Origin: Mayamaea pseudoterrestris
Taxonomy: Eukaryota
Assembly: GCA_027923505.1 (NCBI GenBank)
Contig: BROI01000012.1
Span: forward strand, 620,001-684,000
Reading direction: 5' to 3'
DNA: 64,000 bases
Shown: positions 41,964 to 53,191 of the stretch, piece after piece
Position numbering within the stretch: position 1 is the stretch's first letter
Layout: every line of letters begins with the position of its first letter
The notes under the pieces: generated by a model
The model's input: the letters and a program-made list of their open reading frames with translations, nothing else
What the model was told of the DNA's origin: nothing
Databases searched by the model: none
Position numbers and translations under genes: made by a program

Positions 41964-44900
41964 CTCCCCTCGGGTACGCTGCTCGTCGTAGCCGCATTCT
42001 TGTCCTTCACAATCGCATACGATGTATCGCCGCGCCAAAACAATACTGGCTTGAGCAATGGCATCGCATCACAGTACGGCAGGTACTTCGTCAGTACGTC
42101 CGCAATGTTCTCCTTTCCGTCAATCTTTACAAACTTGATAATCCCCGCAGCAACTGCCCAACGAACACGATGGTAGGCCAACGCATTGTGTCGCTTGGAC
42201 AATGTCGAACTCGGGATTGTAGATTGCGTAATCACTGCTTGGTTGTCTCCGTACATCCAGGCAGACTTCTCCAATGGTACGCCCATAGCCATGAGCGACG
42301 CACGTAGAGAAATGCTGATATCCGTTCCACTCTTTGCTACGCCGAATTCCGATCCGAAGGTCGCGGTCTCGACTGTAGCCTGGAGTTTGCAATGCCAGTC
42401 GACAGGCGTCTGGTTGACAAATGACAAAACTCCTTCCAATGACTTGCCTGTCACCATGCAATGCATGAGACACGCATCCTCGAAAGTTGATGTTCGTACG
42501 GTCACACCCTTTGGCGGTGGGTAGACGTCCAACATCTCATCAACTCCGTCCTTCCCGTAAACGCTGCGCTCCCAATCTTGTTCCTCCATGGTGCCGAAGT
42601 GCTCCTCGTTGGCTGGCCACTTCGTACGGAAACGGATTGCTGCGTCCGGTAACTCTCGCAAATATCCACAGACTCGCTTCACCCGCTGCAGGTGTCCCTT
42701 GCGCGGCTCCACACGGAATCGCGACAGACTCACAACTGCTACGGCAATGTCAAATCGTCCCAAAGTAATCGCCCACTGAAGTGCTCCAACTAGAGACTGG
42801 TAAATCTTCTTCTCTTGGTCGTTCAGTAGCTCGCTTTGGTCAAGTTCTGGATGATCGTCTTTGTCGATTGGTGATGAGTACTTCTTCGGAGGACCTTCAA
42901 ACAAACGCTCGTACTGCGCCAAGAGTTTCGCAACGTAGGTCTTGGCCGACCAGTAAAGGGTTCCGTCAGGGTCTCGTCCAAAGTCACCGCCGAGATGATA
43001 CTCGGGATGTCCAACACCTTTAAGCTTAAACTTGTACTTCTCCTCTAGCATCTTGAAGAACGCTGCTGGATCGTCTGAAATATTCAACAGATCGTCGACC
43101 CATACACAGAGGTAGTCGTAGCTGTCGCCGGCGTCCTTGATCCACAGATCGGAATCGCAATAGGACGGCTTCCACCCTTCCGCAAGTAGGGCGTCGGCTA
43201 AGCGTTCGTGAAATCGTGCTCCGCTCGTTCGCAATCCGTACAAAGCCTTGACGATGACCAGGATGTGTCCTTCGCGCTCCCCGAACTCGGGGCCTCCAAC
43301 GAAGTATACCTTCTCCTTGGTGAACGCTTCGAGATAAGCATTCCCAATGTCACCGACCATGCACTTCTTGCCGTTCGCTTCTCCAATGACGAGAGCTAGA
43401 CGCATTGCCTTCAATGAGATAACACTGGAGTAGGCATCGTCGTTGTCTTTCGTCAGGTGGCCGCCTGCAACGAGACGTGCCTTGTATCGCAAATCGTGCT
43501 TGACATCGTACACAAAATGGACTCGGATCTTTTGGTAACCAGTTGGTGGTGCTGTGGTGGAACTCGGACCGAGATCTTGAAACGTCTCGTACTCGTCCAG
43601 GTTCGCAAGCTCCACGCCTTCCGCATCCGTCCACTTCGTGTGCCCTGCAGCTTCCTGCAAACGCCGCGCTTCCTTCCAATCTCGGGGTACTTGGACTCCA
43701 AACTTGTAGCGCGGTCCGTTCTTCTGCTGCTCCATTCGGGCGGTCGCCACCTTGCGCGCAACCTTCTTGGCGTTCCGGGCCCATCGATTCAACGATGCCC
43801 ATCCGTCCTTGTCGAGAAGATTATGCTTTTGCGCGTAGGCTGCCACTGATACTTTGTCGCTTTCGATCATCGCGTTGAGAGGCTCCCAAGTCTTGGATCC
43901 ATCGTCCCATTGTACAAGGACGTTCCACTTGGAGTGCTTCCAGTTCTTCGACTTGCTCGTCAGCGGACCCTGATGGTCTAGAATCTCCTTGAAGAACCAT
44001 TTACGCTCAGGATTCGCCATGTCTTGGTTCACTTCATTCTCGTAGAGATCGGAAACCTCGACATAGGACATGACTTCGTCCGCTTCGCCGTTACCAAGCT
44101 TCAGCATCATTTTAATGTTCTGATGGTTCTGGGCGTCGCGGTTGTTCAGCTTGCTCATGACGGTCGCTCGAACTTCTTGCCCGTCGTCCGTCTTCATGAG
44201 AAACGACTTGCCGATAAGTTCATCGGGTGCATACTTCGGGAGTTTGCGCCACGGATTGATGTTCTTCTTCTTCGGCTTGTCGTCGTCGTCATCGTCATCG
44301 GCAGGATTAGGATCTCCCTCCCCGTCGGTCATATCGTCGTCTTCCGGGTATTCCACCGTCTCAACCAAAGGGGTATCGTCTTCGTCAGGAATGAAAGAAT
44401 CATTGTCTCTGCTGTCGGCATCGGTAATCTTCTTGATCATTTCCGGCATAAGGATCTCGCCACCTAGACCAGGTACGGTATAGAGACGCGGCCCCCCTTC
44501 TTTCATGACTGGGGAAGCAGGTGCCGGTACGTGAAGGTTCAAAAATTTTGGGTCGTTTCTGGGTAAGCAAACCGATCGCGTCATGATCTCGTGGGTCTCG
44601 CAATCGCAGATGAAGTACGTCAGGTCGTCTCCGCACGTCGTGTTGGGACCAAGCCAGTACGCCGCGCGCTGGCGGGTACCCGGGGCCTCGACATCCTTGA
44701 CAAAGTAGTTGACAATTTCAAACCAACGAAAATGCAAATACTTCGACACGTCGGGGACTTGCCCAGTGATAAACTCGATGGGAGACTTGCCGTCCAAGGC
44801 AGGATGCGACAAATGACGGTACATCTCGGTCTGAAAGAGTAAAGCGCGTAGCCAGAAGCATGCCGGAGTGCCCGTTCGGTCCATAAGTCGTTCATGACTT

Positions 44901-45466
44901 TCCTTTACGTGCCCGATGATGCGCTCGGCTGGATTTTGATTCTGGTAGTACGGCTCCGATGTATGACGACGGCGAATCATGAACTCGCGCATTACTTCGT
45001 CAAACTCGGCACTCATCGCTTCTTTCGCATTATCCGAGAAGACTTCCAACGGAGCTCCAAACTCGCGGATGAAATCACGGAATCGTTTCGGTACGTCACC
45101 TTTCGTCCGCATGGGATACACGACAATGATCTGACTGCGACAACCATAGAATAGCTGCACGCATGTGCACCCTGCATGTCCGTCGATATGATCATCCATG
45201 GCTGGTTCGTCGAAGAACATGGTGTCATGGGCCACTCGATCATCTAGACGGTAGACGTTCAGGAATCGGCTCTTTCGATGCATTCGTGGGGGGTATCGGC
45301 GCTCGTGCATGTTGAACTGCGTGCTATGGCGCAAAGTATCCTTGATCGTCTGCGCCGGGTACCATGCAAAGTTCGGCAGCAATGCGTCGATATCAGGTTG
45401 GCAGGATAGACTTGTAGGGCTGATAGACGAGATCCGCATTGTACTTCTGTACGACGGCACAAACAT
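41918..45466 (-). CDS. pol: Copia pol: integrase, chromodomain-like module, reverse transcriptase, RNase H
   Basis: VAHDTMF/FSDNAKE/QNPAER (DDE), KARLVAGG, DIGNAYL, KALYGLRTSG, WVDDLL, ETATFGSEF, GDNQAV, NIADVLTK. Confidence 0.95.
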   Translation of the reverse strand: MFVPSYRSTMRISSISPTSLSCQPDIDALLPNFAWYPAQTIKDTLRHSTQFNMHERRYPPRMHRKSRFLNVYRLDDRVAHDTMFFDEPAMDDHIDGHAGCTCVQLFYGCRSQIIVVYPMRTKGDVPKRFRDFIREFGAPLEVFSDNAKEAMSAEFDEVMREFMIRRRHTSEPYYQNQNPAERIIGHVKESHERLMDRTGTPACFWLRALLFQTEMYRHLSHPALDGKSPIEFITGQVPDVSKYLHFRWFEIVNYFVKDVEAPGTRQRAAYWLGPNTTCGDDLTYFICDCETHEIMTRSVCLPRNDPKFLNLHVPAPASPVMKEGGPRLYTVPGLGGEILMPEMIKKITDADSRDNDSFIPDEDDTPLVETVEYPEDDDMTDGEGDPNPADDDDDDDKPKKKNINPWRKLPKYAPDELIGKSFLMKTDDGQEVRATVMSKLNNRDAQNHQNIKMMLKLGNGEADEVMSYVEVSDLYENEVNQDMANPERKWFFKEILDHQGPLTSKSKNWKHSKWNVLVQWDDGSKTWEPLNAMIESDKVSVAAYAQKHNLLDKDGWASLNRWARNAKKVARKVATARMEQQKNGPRYKFGVQVPRDWKEARRLQEAAGHTKWTDAEGVELANLDEYETFQDLGPSSTTAPPTGYQKIRVHFVYDVKHDLRYKARLVAGGHLTKDNDDAYSSVISLKAMRLALVIGEANGKKCMVGDIGNAYLEAFTKEKVYFVGGPEFGEREGHILVIVKALYGLRTSGARFHERLADALLAEGWKPSYCDSDLWIKDAGDSYDYLCVWVDDLLNISDDPAAFFKMLEEKYKFKLKGVGHPEYHLGGDFGRDPDGTLYWSAKTYVAKLLAQYERLFEGPPKKYSSPIDKDDHPELDQSELLNDQEKKIYQSLVGALQWAITLGRFDIAVAVVSLSRFRVEPRKGHLQRVKRVCGYLRELPDAAIRFRTKWPANEEHFGTMEEQDWERSVYGKDGVDEMLDVYPPPKGVTVRTSTFEDACLMHCMVTGKSLEGVLSFVNQTPVDWHCKLQATVETATFGSEFGVAKSGTDISISLRASLMAMGVPLEKSAWMYGDNQAVITQSTIPSSTLSKRHNALAYHRVRWAVAAGIIKFVKIDGKENIADVLTKYLPYCDAMPLLKPVLFWRGDTSYAIVKDKNAATTSSVPEGSDKSQSGEVKSPNPN

Positions 45467-47524
45467 TCAGCTCCTTCTCGGTGTAAACAGGTTGATTGTC
45501 GTGTCCGAGATTCGTATAAGTCACGTTGCTCTGACGATGGGTGCGATTCCGCGTACGCGAACGTGTCACGCGCGTGAAGCCCTCTTCGTTGTCTTCGTCG
45601 CGCGACAACAAGTCCGGTACGTCGTCATCGTCATCCGAAGAGTCATAGTCGTCGTCCTCAGTCGGCTCGACGTCAAACTCATTCGGATCCCAAGGCCCAT
45701 CGAAGGTCATCATGACCCGAGGTAAGGTGTGAAGCTCATGCGCCGACACTGGAAACATTGGCAAGGTCGCCATGCCACTTTCCATTCCGAGCATAAACTT
45801 GTATCCGTCTGGCGTTTCGATTCGTAACTTGCCACCAAAGTTGTAATGCTTGTCGTTGACATGAAGTCCGAAGGCTTCCATCTGCATACTCGAATGAATC
45901 GTCTTGCCGGTTCCAGAATATGCGTAATTATGGAACTCGCCGATGACCCAACCCTTGGTGCTCTTAAGCTTGGCGACTGCTGTGATGGTAGACAAGTCCG
46001 GAAGTTTGAGACCACCGACTCCAGTGACTTCAATCTTGTGGAACTTGTCCTCGGTAAGGATGCGGCCGTCCGCTCCCCATACTCCGCCACTTGCGCCGCG
46101 ATCGACAGTCGACGCTGAATGCTTATCCAAGTCAATGCTCGCAACTTTGTACTTGCGACTCTGAGCAATATTTGCTCCCCGAGTCGTAGTCGTGGGCTGG
46201 TCTGGACCTAAGAAACTTCGCATCGCTGAGCCACGGCTGGTGTTGTTCACACGCTCGGTCGCCGCACTCGCCGTCGTTGCCGCTGATGAAGTGGCTGCGA
46301 CGTTTGCGTTGCGTGTTGTACTCGTCGTCTGCGTGGTGCCTGCCTGTGTTGCTGATGTCGAACCACCTGCAGCACTGGCCGCTCGACTCGTACCACGGCG
46401 TTCAAACACTTCATGTTGCTGATCGCGGGTAAGGAGTCGCCACGTGTTTGGTGGAATCGTCGCATTCACGTCGCTGGGAACTTCGATCGTTTTCGTGTCG
46501 GCATAGCTGCGAACATACGAACGAGTATCTCCCCAACCGCGGCGGCCGCCGCCGCTCCGTGCTCAAGTCGCCGCGACCACTGCCCCCTGGTTGGATTGCT
46601 GATTGTTGCTGCTACTTGGCGTAGACTGGGAATTGTTCGCGCTTGCCTTCTTCGTCTTCTCCTTCTCTTTCTTGGTCTGCTCAGATTGGTTTGCCTGACG
46701 CTTCTCCGTCTCCTTGATGCCACGACGATTGTCAGATTGACGTGCGACGTCGTTCAGGAGGTTCCAAAACTGGGTGTACGCCATTGGGTTGCCGGTCTTG
46801 GACTCTTCGATCAGCGCCATGTTCACCGCCGCTGCCATATCCGCGTGGCGGAAAACCGCGCTCCAAATCTGACGCTTCGTGCTTGCTGTAAGTGAGCTCG
46901 GTTTCCTCGGCGTAGTCATTGTAGTTCTCTTCCTTGCTGGACCACTGGATTGAGCCAATTGACGAGAGACTTGGCGTAACCGCGTCGAGGGTGAGAAATG
47001 TGCCATTTGTCTTCGGCCGAACGTAGATCCAACTTGCGCGCGCCATCCCATCGAGGAATGTCGCCTCCAACTCTGCAATGCACGCTTTCGAGGCATTCGC
47101 GCTGTCGATGTGCTTGCGGACAATGAGCTTGCTCTGCGGTTGTCTTGCAGGTATACTCGAGCGCCGCTAAAAGCTTCGAACACTGATACTGATACTGGCG
47201 AATTCGGGCTCGAGTGCAGCTGGTGCCCTGCGAACTCTCTCGTCCCAAAGTAGCCAAGTCGGCTTCGCCCATGCGGTTCTTGAAGGCCCACCAGTAGGAG
47301 CAGAACTTGCGACGGTTCTTGAGCTCCAGCATGGTCTTCAGATCCAGCTTGATGCGTGTCGCTTCGTGGGTGATTATGCGTTGCCTCGATAACGCTAAAG
47401 TCTCCGAAACTGCGGTTGCCCTGCGGTCGGTGACCCCGGTGCTACTGGGAGGTCTCGGCTCGTAATCTGGTCTTTCTCCAAGTCTTGCCATTGCGCAGTC
47501 GTCCGATGTTGCTCGTGAATCCAA
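45393..47524 (-). pseudogene. Gag and aspartic protease region of the retrotransposon, split by several frameshifts
   Basis: Overlapping ORF pieces 47524-46916, 47070-46732, 47291-46563 and 46469-45393. STVDRGASGG protease motif, IHSSMQMEAFG and WDP motifs. Confidence 0.75.
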
Positions 47525-47862
47525 CGCTCAGCTAATGCTGAATCCGGCTTGTTCGTATCGTCGACCAATGGTACTGGTTCTTAATGTTTCGTCACGTCTT
47601 GTTCCGACAGCTCGCCGCCGCCTCCGCAGTCATGAGTTCCCTCCTTGCTCGAAACATACTGCGGTAGGGTCGTTTGGATCCCCAAGCTGCGGACGCTGCG
47701 GAGAGCCCACGGAATCTCGAAGACTTTACCGACGGCAACCCGCTTGTAGGTCGTTACATCAATCGTCGTCATGGTGAGGTTGATCAGAGGAGATCGGACT
47801 CGCTGCAGACGAGAATGTGTCACGATAGCTCCTCTGCCTCGTTCGCTCTCAAAGCACTGAAA

Positions 47863-48191
47863 TGTTAATTTAACACCGTTGACGATTTCGCACAGTCAAC
47901 GTCTTACCTCCAAAAGCTCCGATACAGGGTCCTTGGCCACGGTCTGTGTACAGCTCTTTGATGGAGATGGCTTCGTCGAATAGTACTTGCGCTCGCCACT
48001 ACACAAATACGACTGCACTCTTGTCGCAAACTAGTAGTTCTATATTGTGACCGCCAGCTGCATCGCTACACTTCGACCACGGAAGATCATCCGATCAATC
48101 CGTTTCTTTCAATCACATTACATCAGTCGTAATCGGTCGTTCCATTCATACACGCATCCACGACGGTTGTGCGCACTCTTCATTCACATGT
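47863..48191 (-). repeat. 5' LTR (ends ...TTAAATTAACA; first ~75 nt missing)
   Basis: Matches the 3' LTR. Followed on the minus strand by tttcagtgctttgagagc at the expected primer-binding-site position. Confidence 0.85.
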
Positions 48192-48212
48192 AGCATACAT
48201 TTCTTTTCAGGC

Positions 48213-50508
48213 TAGCTGATGGAGTGCACAATCGTTTCGCCCCGGACATTTTGAGGACCAAAGGTTTCGGTTGATGCGCAAATCTCCTCGTGTTTGATCT
48301 TGGAGCCTTGAGGGTCTCGTCTCGACAGGTGCTGGATTCACCGCTCTGATTGGCGTTCTAGTTTTATATATCGTTTCTGATGCGGCTACTTTGAGCTGCT
48401 TAACCTTTCCAATGAGCTCATCTAGCGATAGACAGTCGCAAGTCTTGGGGGCCAATTCCTCGCCATGCTCACATGGGCAGACGAATCAGACGATGATCGG
48501 AGGAGATTTCCGAGCTGGCGGGGTAAGCCAGCACTGTCGATCCGTCAACAATTTGGAGGCGACCCACTCTAACGCGGTGGATACCAGTCGCCGACGTAGC
48601 GCAATCAAATGAAGCTTGACTCAAAAATCATTTCAATGGGCATTTGCCCTTTCGTTGCCAGGAGTAACTTGGTGCGATTGCAGCAAACCAATAGTGGGAA
48701 GAAGTAAACCAGCTTGTTTCGACTCGCCGCCTGTGTTCACTAATGGCCGTACCCTCGACAAAAGATGTTTCTTTCGATTTTGAATGAAAAGAGTTGAAAT
48801 GTCCTTGACTTCTTGCCACTTAGCATGCCATTTTGTGCCATGGACCGGATAAATATCCTCGAAGCGAGAACGAGCCGCATTGGTGGCGTTAGGAAGCACC
48901 AAAAGAGAGATACAGGGTCACTGCAAGGCACCGCAAACTGTTGTTAGAACATGACAGTGGAATAAATTATATGTAAGCACAGCTTGACTACACGTCCAGT
49001 ATCACCACGTCGTATTCGTATGTTGGTGACTGCGGAACTACCACCATTCGCGTACTCGATGGACACTCGAGTGTCGAAAAGCAAGATAGAACATTGCTGC
49101 CAACTAGGTCGCTGCAGTTGCTCCAATCCATTAAGTGAGTGCGGGCTAGGCTAACCAAAGTTTCGTCTCTCCTAATGACCACCACTGACTGAACACTTTC
49201 GTGTCCGAAGCACTTCTCGCAGGGCAGCTCCAGTTCCTCCTCAACCAATGACAACCATGCGAGGATGTTCATGCATTAACATGGCCGGATGAACTAGCAC
49301 TTCAATATACTGCGCCTCGGTTAGCCGGACGACACCTGGACAACACCATTCATCAGCAAAATTCGGTCAGGTTTGTAAAGATCCGCGTGCTGCGACTCGT
49401 ACGAGCCATTCGTCGCGTCCAGTGACCGCTCATGGTCGGCACGCCGTCTCGGATACCCAATCACATCGTACACTTCCAGCAAGTCGCCGTGGGAGGTTGT
49501 CCTTGACTATTCACTCGTTCCTTGAGCTCATATTCCATCGACCCAAGCACATATCAGCTCGAACAATGCTTGCTCGGCATCAGTTTCGTCATTGTCGTTG
49601 GAAAAGCCTCGTCGTTTGAGCGCCCACTTGCTCTGCGGCAGCGTCGTAGCGCTGGTTGGATCCGCCGATGGCACTCAAAAAACTCTTGGAGTGCGTGGAC
49701 GATCTCATGTATGGCATCCTCCTCGCTGAAATGTCATTAGGTCCAAGAGTATTACACCTCATCCGGCCACGTGAGAAGGTAATGTGGCTCTTGAGCGCAC
49801 GCCTACAAAAGTGACGCCGGTTGGAAAGAGCGCGTGGCAGTGAACCGAGAGTAATTGCAGATTGCCCTCGTTGGGAACGTATCAATCATGGCTTGGGGGA
49901 CAGTCGACCCGCATGATTGAGAAACAGCGAGTCAACGTGTTGAATATCAAATGAGAATGTGCTGGCCTGATGAGTATGAATAATGAAAGTCTGTCGGTGA
50001 TGGTGGTGGCTTTGATTCGAAAGATGAAGCACTGGTATCAATCGCAGAAAAATCCTGCAGAGCCAACACGGATGTCGACCGTCGCTGGAAACGATGTATC
50101 AAAGTTTCTTGCCGAGTAGACTGTAGATGGTAAGGACACATTCATCAAGTACGTCACCGGAGGAAGATCCATGTGACCATTTGCAATTGACTGCTCGTCT
50201 CCTATGATTTCGACCGTTAAAAGATTTCGTGAAGCATCCATTTGCAACCGACACGCTTGTCCGAAACCAAAGGAAAGCATCGACGCAACTAACAAAGGAA
50301 GGACCATGAAGGGATCCCGGAAGGGGCGAACCGAAAGGAAGACGGTAACATATCATCAACATGAAAGTCATGGTGAGACACAACCGACTCCTTCACTTTG
50401 ATGTTGCTACCGAAAGACTCATTGTACCTCGTCGTCGGCTCTTACAGCCTCCGCATTCATTGTGGTTTGGTTCGTTGCAAGGGTCCCGAGCGCGACGTCC
50501 TTGCACAT
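48213..50508 (-). pseudogene. Second AdoMetDC/SpdS fusion copy with many 1-2 bp indels (pseudogene or low-quality consensus)
   Basis: Aligns to 29503-31787 but is broken into more than 10 short ORF pieces. Confidence 0.8.
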
Positions 50509-50684
50509 GACAAGATTTATATCGGCGCCTTCCGGATGCTATTTGTCGACATGGGTCGATTGGGATGAGGCGAGGCAATGGAACGCTTCCAGGAAATGTT
50601 ATGTGACCACGCGCGCTTATTTTCCAACGCGCAAGCCGAGTCGTTCGGCGAGCACGAAATTTCGAGAACCAATACGATTAATGC

Positions 50685-51049
50685 TGACGTAGTTTTCACT
50701 GGCACTCGTTTCATATTATTGCCTTGTGACGTAGTTTTCACTGGCACTTGTTTCGCATTATTGCCTTTTGACGCAATTGACATTGGCACTCGTTTCGTAA
50801 TATTGCCTCGTGACGTAATTGACACTGGCACTTGTTTCATACTATTGTCTCATGACGTAATTGACACTGGCACTCGCTTCGTGTTATTGTCTCATGACGT
50901 AGTTTCACTGTCTTTCGTTTCATATTATTGCCTTATGACGTAATTGCCACTAGCACTGGTTTCGCATTATAGCCTTATGGCGTAATTGACACTGGCACTT
51001 GTTTTTTACTATTGCCTCGTGACGTAATTGACACTGGCACTTGTTTCAT
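50685..51049. repeat. 42-bp minisatellite (copy B)
   Basis: Duplicate of 31961-32325. Confidence 0.92.
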
Positions 51050-51163
51050 GTTTAACCCCTGTCTGAATGTCGCGGCCTGTTGCCGATCTGGGCAGGCATC
51101 CGGGCGGCATACCTCGTTCATCATCCATTGTTGCTTCCACCATGAACTACCTCGAAACAAACG

Positions 51164-53092
51164 ATGAATCATTGTAGCGCGCAATCCGTCATCTCTGGAT
51201 TACATGGCCGAGAGCGTCGACAAGAACGCAACATTTCCAAGGATGATGGTAAGCTGGCGAAACGGTTTGGCATGAAGGAGTCGGCAGGAGGGTCGGAAGG
51301 TCTCGTCAAATATACCCACAAGGGAAATGTCTTCGTAATGAATCCTAGCGAAAATAAAGAAGTAACTTGCTACGTGAGCAACGACTATGCGTCACCATTC
51401 TCGGGGACGAGACGCACCGAACCACTGTCTGTTCCCATGAAGCAGTGCTCGGGGCACAAGGAAGCTTGGCGCATGCTAAAGGATTATTCGACTCATACCA
51501 TCTTTCTAGTCGACATGTCGTCGCTCATGAGACAGGATGACTTGGATGGAGCAAGGTGTCGATCGGACGGCATGTTTTACTCACTCGCCACCGGTTTTGT
51601 GGAATCTGCCTTGGAGCACAAAAATTGCAATCAAGTCGTTAGCGTTATTCTCATGCATGACTCAAAGACAACAATTTACATGCGAAAGAAGCCCATGACC
51701 GAGACTATTTATAATCAGATTATCAATTTGAGGGAGTGGAATACCTTTCGGCCCAATGGCGACTGTGATTACGTTGATGCCCTGCGAACGGCAAGACGAA
51801 TCATGAGGAAGTCGCTGCCTGGCTGTCAATTCAATTTATGCATTATTGCAAATGACGTTGCAATGGCACCAATACAAAATGATATAACAAACGGCTCGGC
51901 TCATCTTGTTGAAGGAAATATGTTGAAAATGATTACGAAAGTCGCACGAGAATTTTCGCGACGACTCTTTATGAACTGCATTGGAATCGGCCATGAGTCC
52001 GATTCCTTTACTGTACTCAAACGTATGATGGCGAAAGCAAGACAACTGGCTCTTAAGTGCAATTTTCATCGGTGCAATCTGGATGTTCATTCTCTGTCCG
52101 AGGCACTGTCAATTTTGGGGCGAGCCAGTGCGGATGGTGCGACTTCTGCTCCGACACTACACCGCCCCCACCTCCCTAGAACCATTGCTAAGGCATATAC
52201 ATGGAATGCAGCAACAAGTGACTATGAATTGCTCATCGATCGCCGATGCCAATCCTGTTATGTACTTGTTGGAGACGAGTCGCTCACGGCTGACCTACAA
52301 CACGGCTGGAAATGCGCGAGCTGCCAGGCTTGCTTCTTTTGTGTCGCCTGCATGAATTATTTTACGTGGCACCTGGGGTCTCCACAATGCATAAAAGCGG
52401 CATCAAAACATGAGGACATGGTTCAGGCAACGATTCCGTCATACTCAGTTTTGATACAATATGATGCGCCGATTCATTACGTCGCATTTTCCGGTCGACA
52501 GCTGCGTTTCATAGATCAGAATGCTCAAGTGATTGAATCATGCTTTACCAGTCGCGAACTTAGTGGAAGCAACTTCGATCAAGTTGGGGTTGTATTGATG
52601 AATGAAATCAAACGTCTAGGGCAAACGCGAGCTGTAATTGCGGAGTTCGCCGGTCGCTTTAACGCAGAACTCGACAGGCGACAGCCGCATCATCATTACT
52701 TACGACTGCGAGTTGCTCTTCCAATAATTATAGAGATTGAGGGCGGATGTTGTTATTTGGCGAGCGAGCAAGGACCATGCGACAAGGTGGTAAGCGATTC
52801 AGCTTACGTTGGCGACACGAGAGAACTTCTTGACGCTTTCACCCACTACACATACGCAAGAAGCAACAATACTTATCTGGCTGTGGCAACAACCGACATT
52901 CCAGCGTTACAAGCGAATCAGCTACTTTTGAAGAATGTCATACTCTACGCAAAGTCTAAATTATCAATTTCGGACGATATCATGACTTTTAATGCGTATG
53001 AAAGTTATTATCGACAGTCGCATGATTGCAACAAAGTGTGTCATAGCCTTGGACTGTCAGTAAGTGGTCGACTCAGAAACCTTTATATATGA
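51164..53092 (+). CDS. vWA + Zn-finger + degenerate alpha-kinase protein (copy B)
   Basis: 642 aa. I can see two differences from copy A (PLFVP/PLSVP and NHF/NYF). Confidence 0.75.
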   Translation: MNHCSAQSVISGLHGRERRQERNISKDDGKLAKRFGMKESAGGSEGLVKYTHKGNVFVMNPSENKEVTCYVSNDYASPFSGTRRTEPLSVPMKQCSGHKEAWRMLKDYSTHTIFLVDMSSLMRQDDLDGARCRSDGMFYSLATGFVESALEHKNCNQVVSVILMHDSKTTIYMRKKPMTETIYNQIINLREWNTFRPNGDCDYVDALRTARRIMRKSLPGCQFNLCIIANDVAMAPIQNDITNGSAHLVEGNMLKMITKVAREFSRRLFMNCIGIGHESDSFTVLKRMMAKARQLALKCNFHRCNLDVHSLSEALSILGRASADGATSAPTLHRPHLPRTIAKAYTWNAATSDYELLIDRRCQSCYVLVGDESLTADLQHGWKCASCQACFFCVACMNYFTWHLGSPQCIKAASKHEDMVQATIPSYSVLIQYDAPIHYVAFSGRQLRFIDQNAQVIESCFTSRELSGSNFDQVGVVLMNEIKRLGQTRAVIAEFAGRFNAELDRRQPHHHYLRLRVALPIIIEIEGGCCYLASEQGPCDKVVSDSAYVGDTRELLDAFTHYTYARSNNTYLAVATTDIPALQANQLLLKNVILYAKSKLSISDDIMTFNAYESYYRQSHDCNKVCHSLGLSVSGRLRNLYI

Positions 53093-53191
53093 CACGCAAC
53101 AATCAACACAAGAATAATTGGCAGGCGCCAGAAGCCACTGGCGATCGGGTGTTAATCATACGCACACCTTGTTCGCGCATTTGCGTGAGAA

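Larger units (their letters stand above)
41569..48191 (-). mobile_element. Ty1/copia LTR retrotransposon (CoDi-like), gag/protease region frameshifted, outer LTR ends clipped
   Basis: Direct repeats at 41569-41887 and 47871-48191. Domain order PR(DRGASGG)-IN-RT-RNaseH. PPT gaggggag followed by TGACA. Confidence 0.95.

Noticed and set aside
48192..50600. Genuine rapid pseudogenisation of the copy-B AdoMetDC/SpdS gene
   Set aside because: Differences are mostly 1-2 bp indels, extend into the adjacent LTR and stop abruptly near 50600. That pattern is more typical of unpolished long-read consensus, so it is not claimed as biology.
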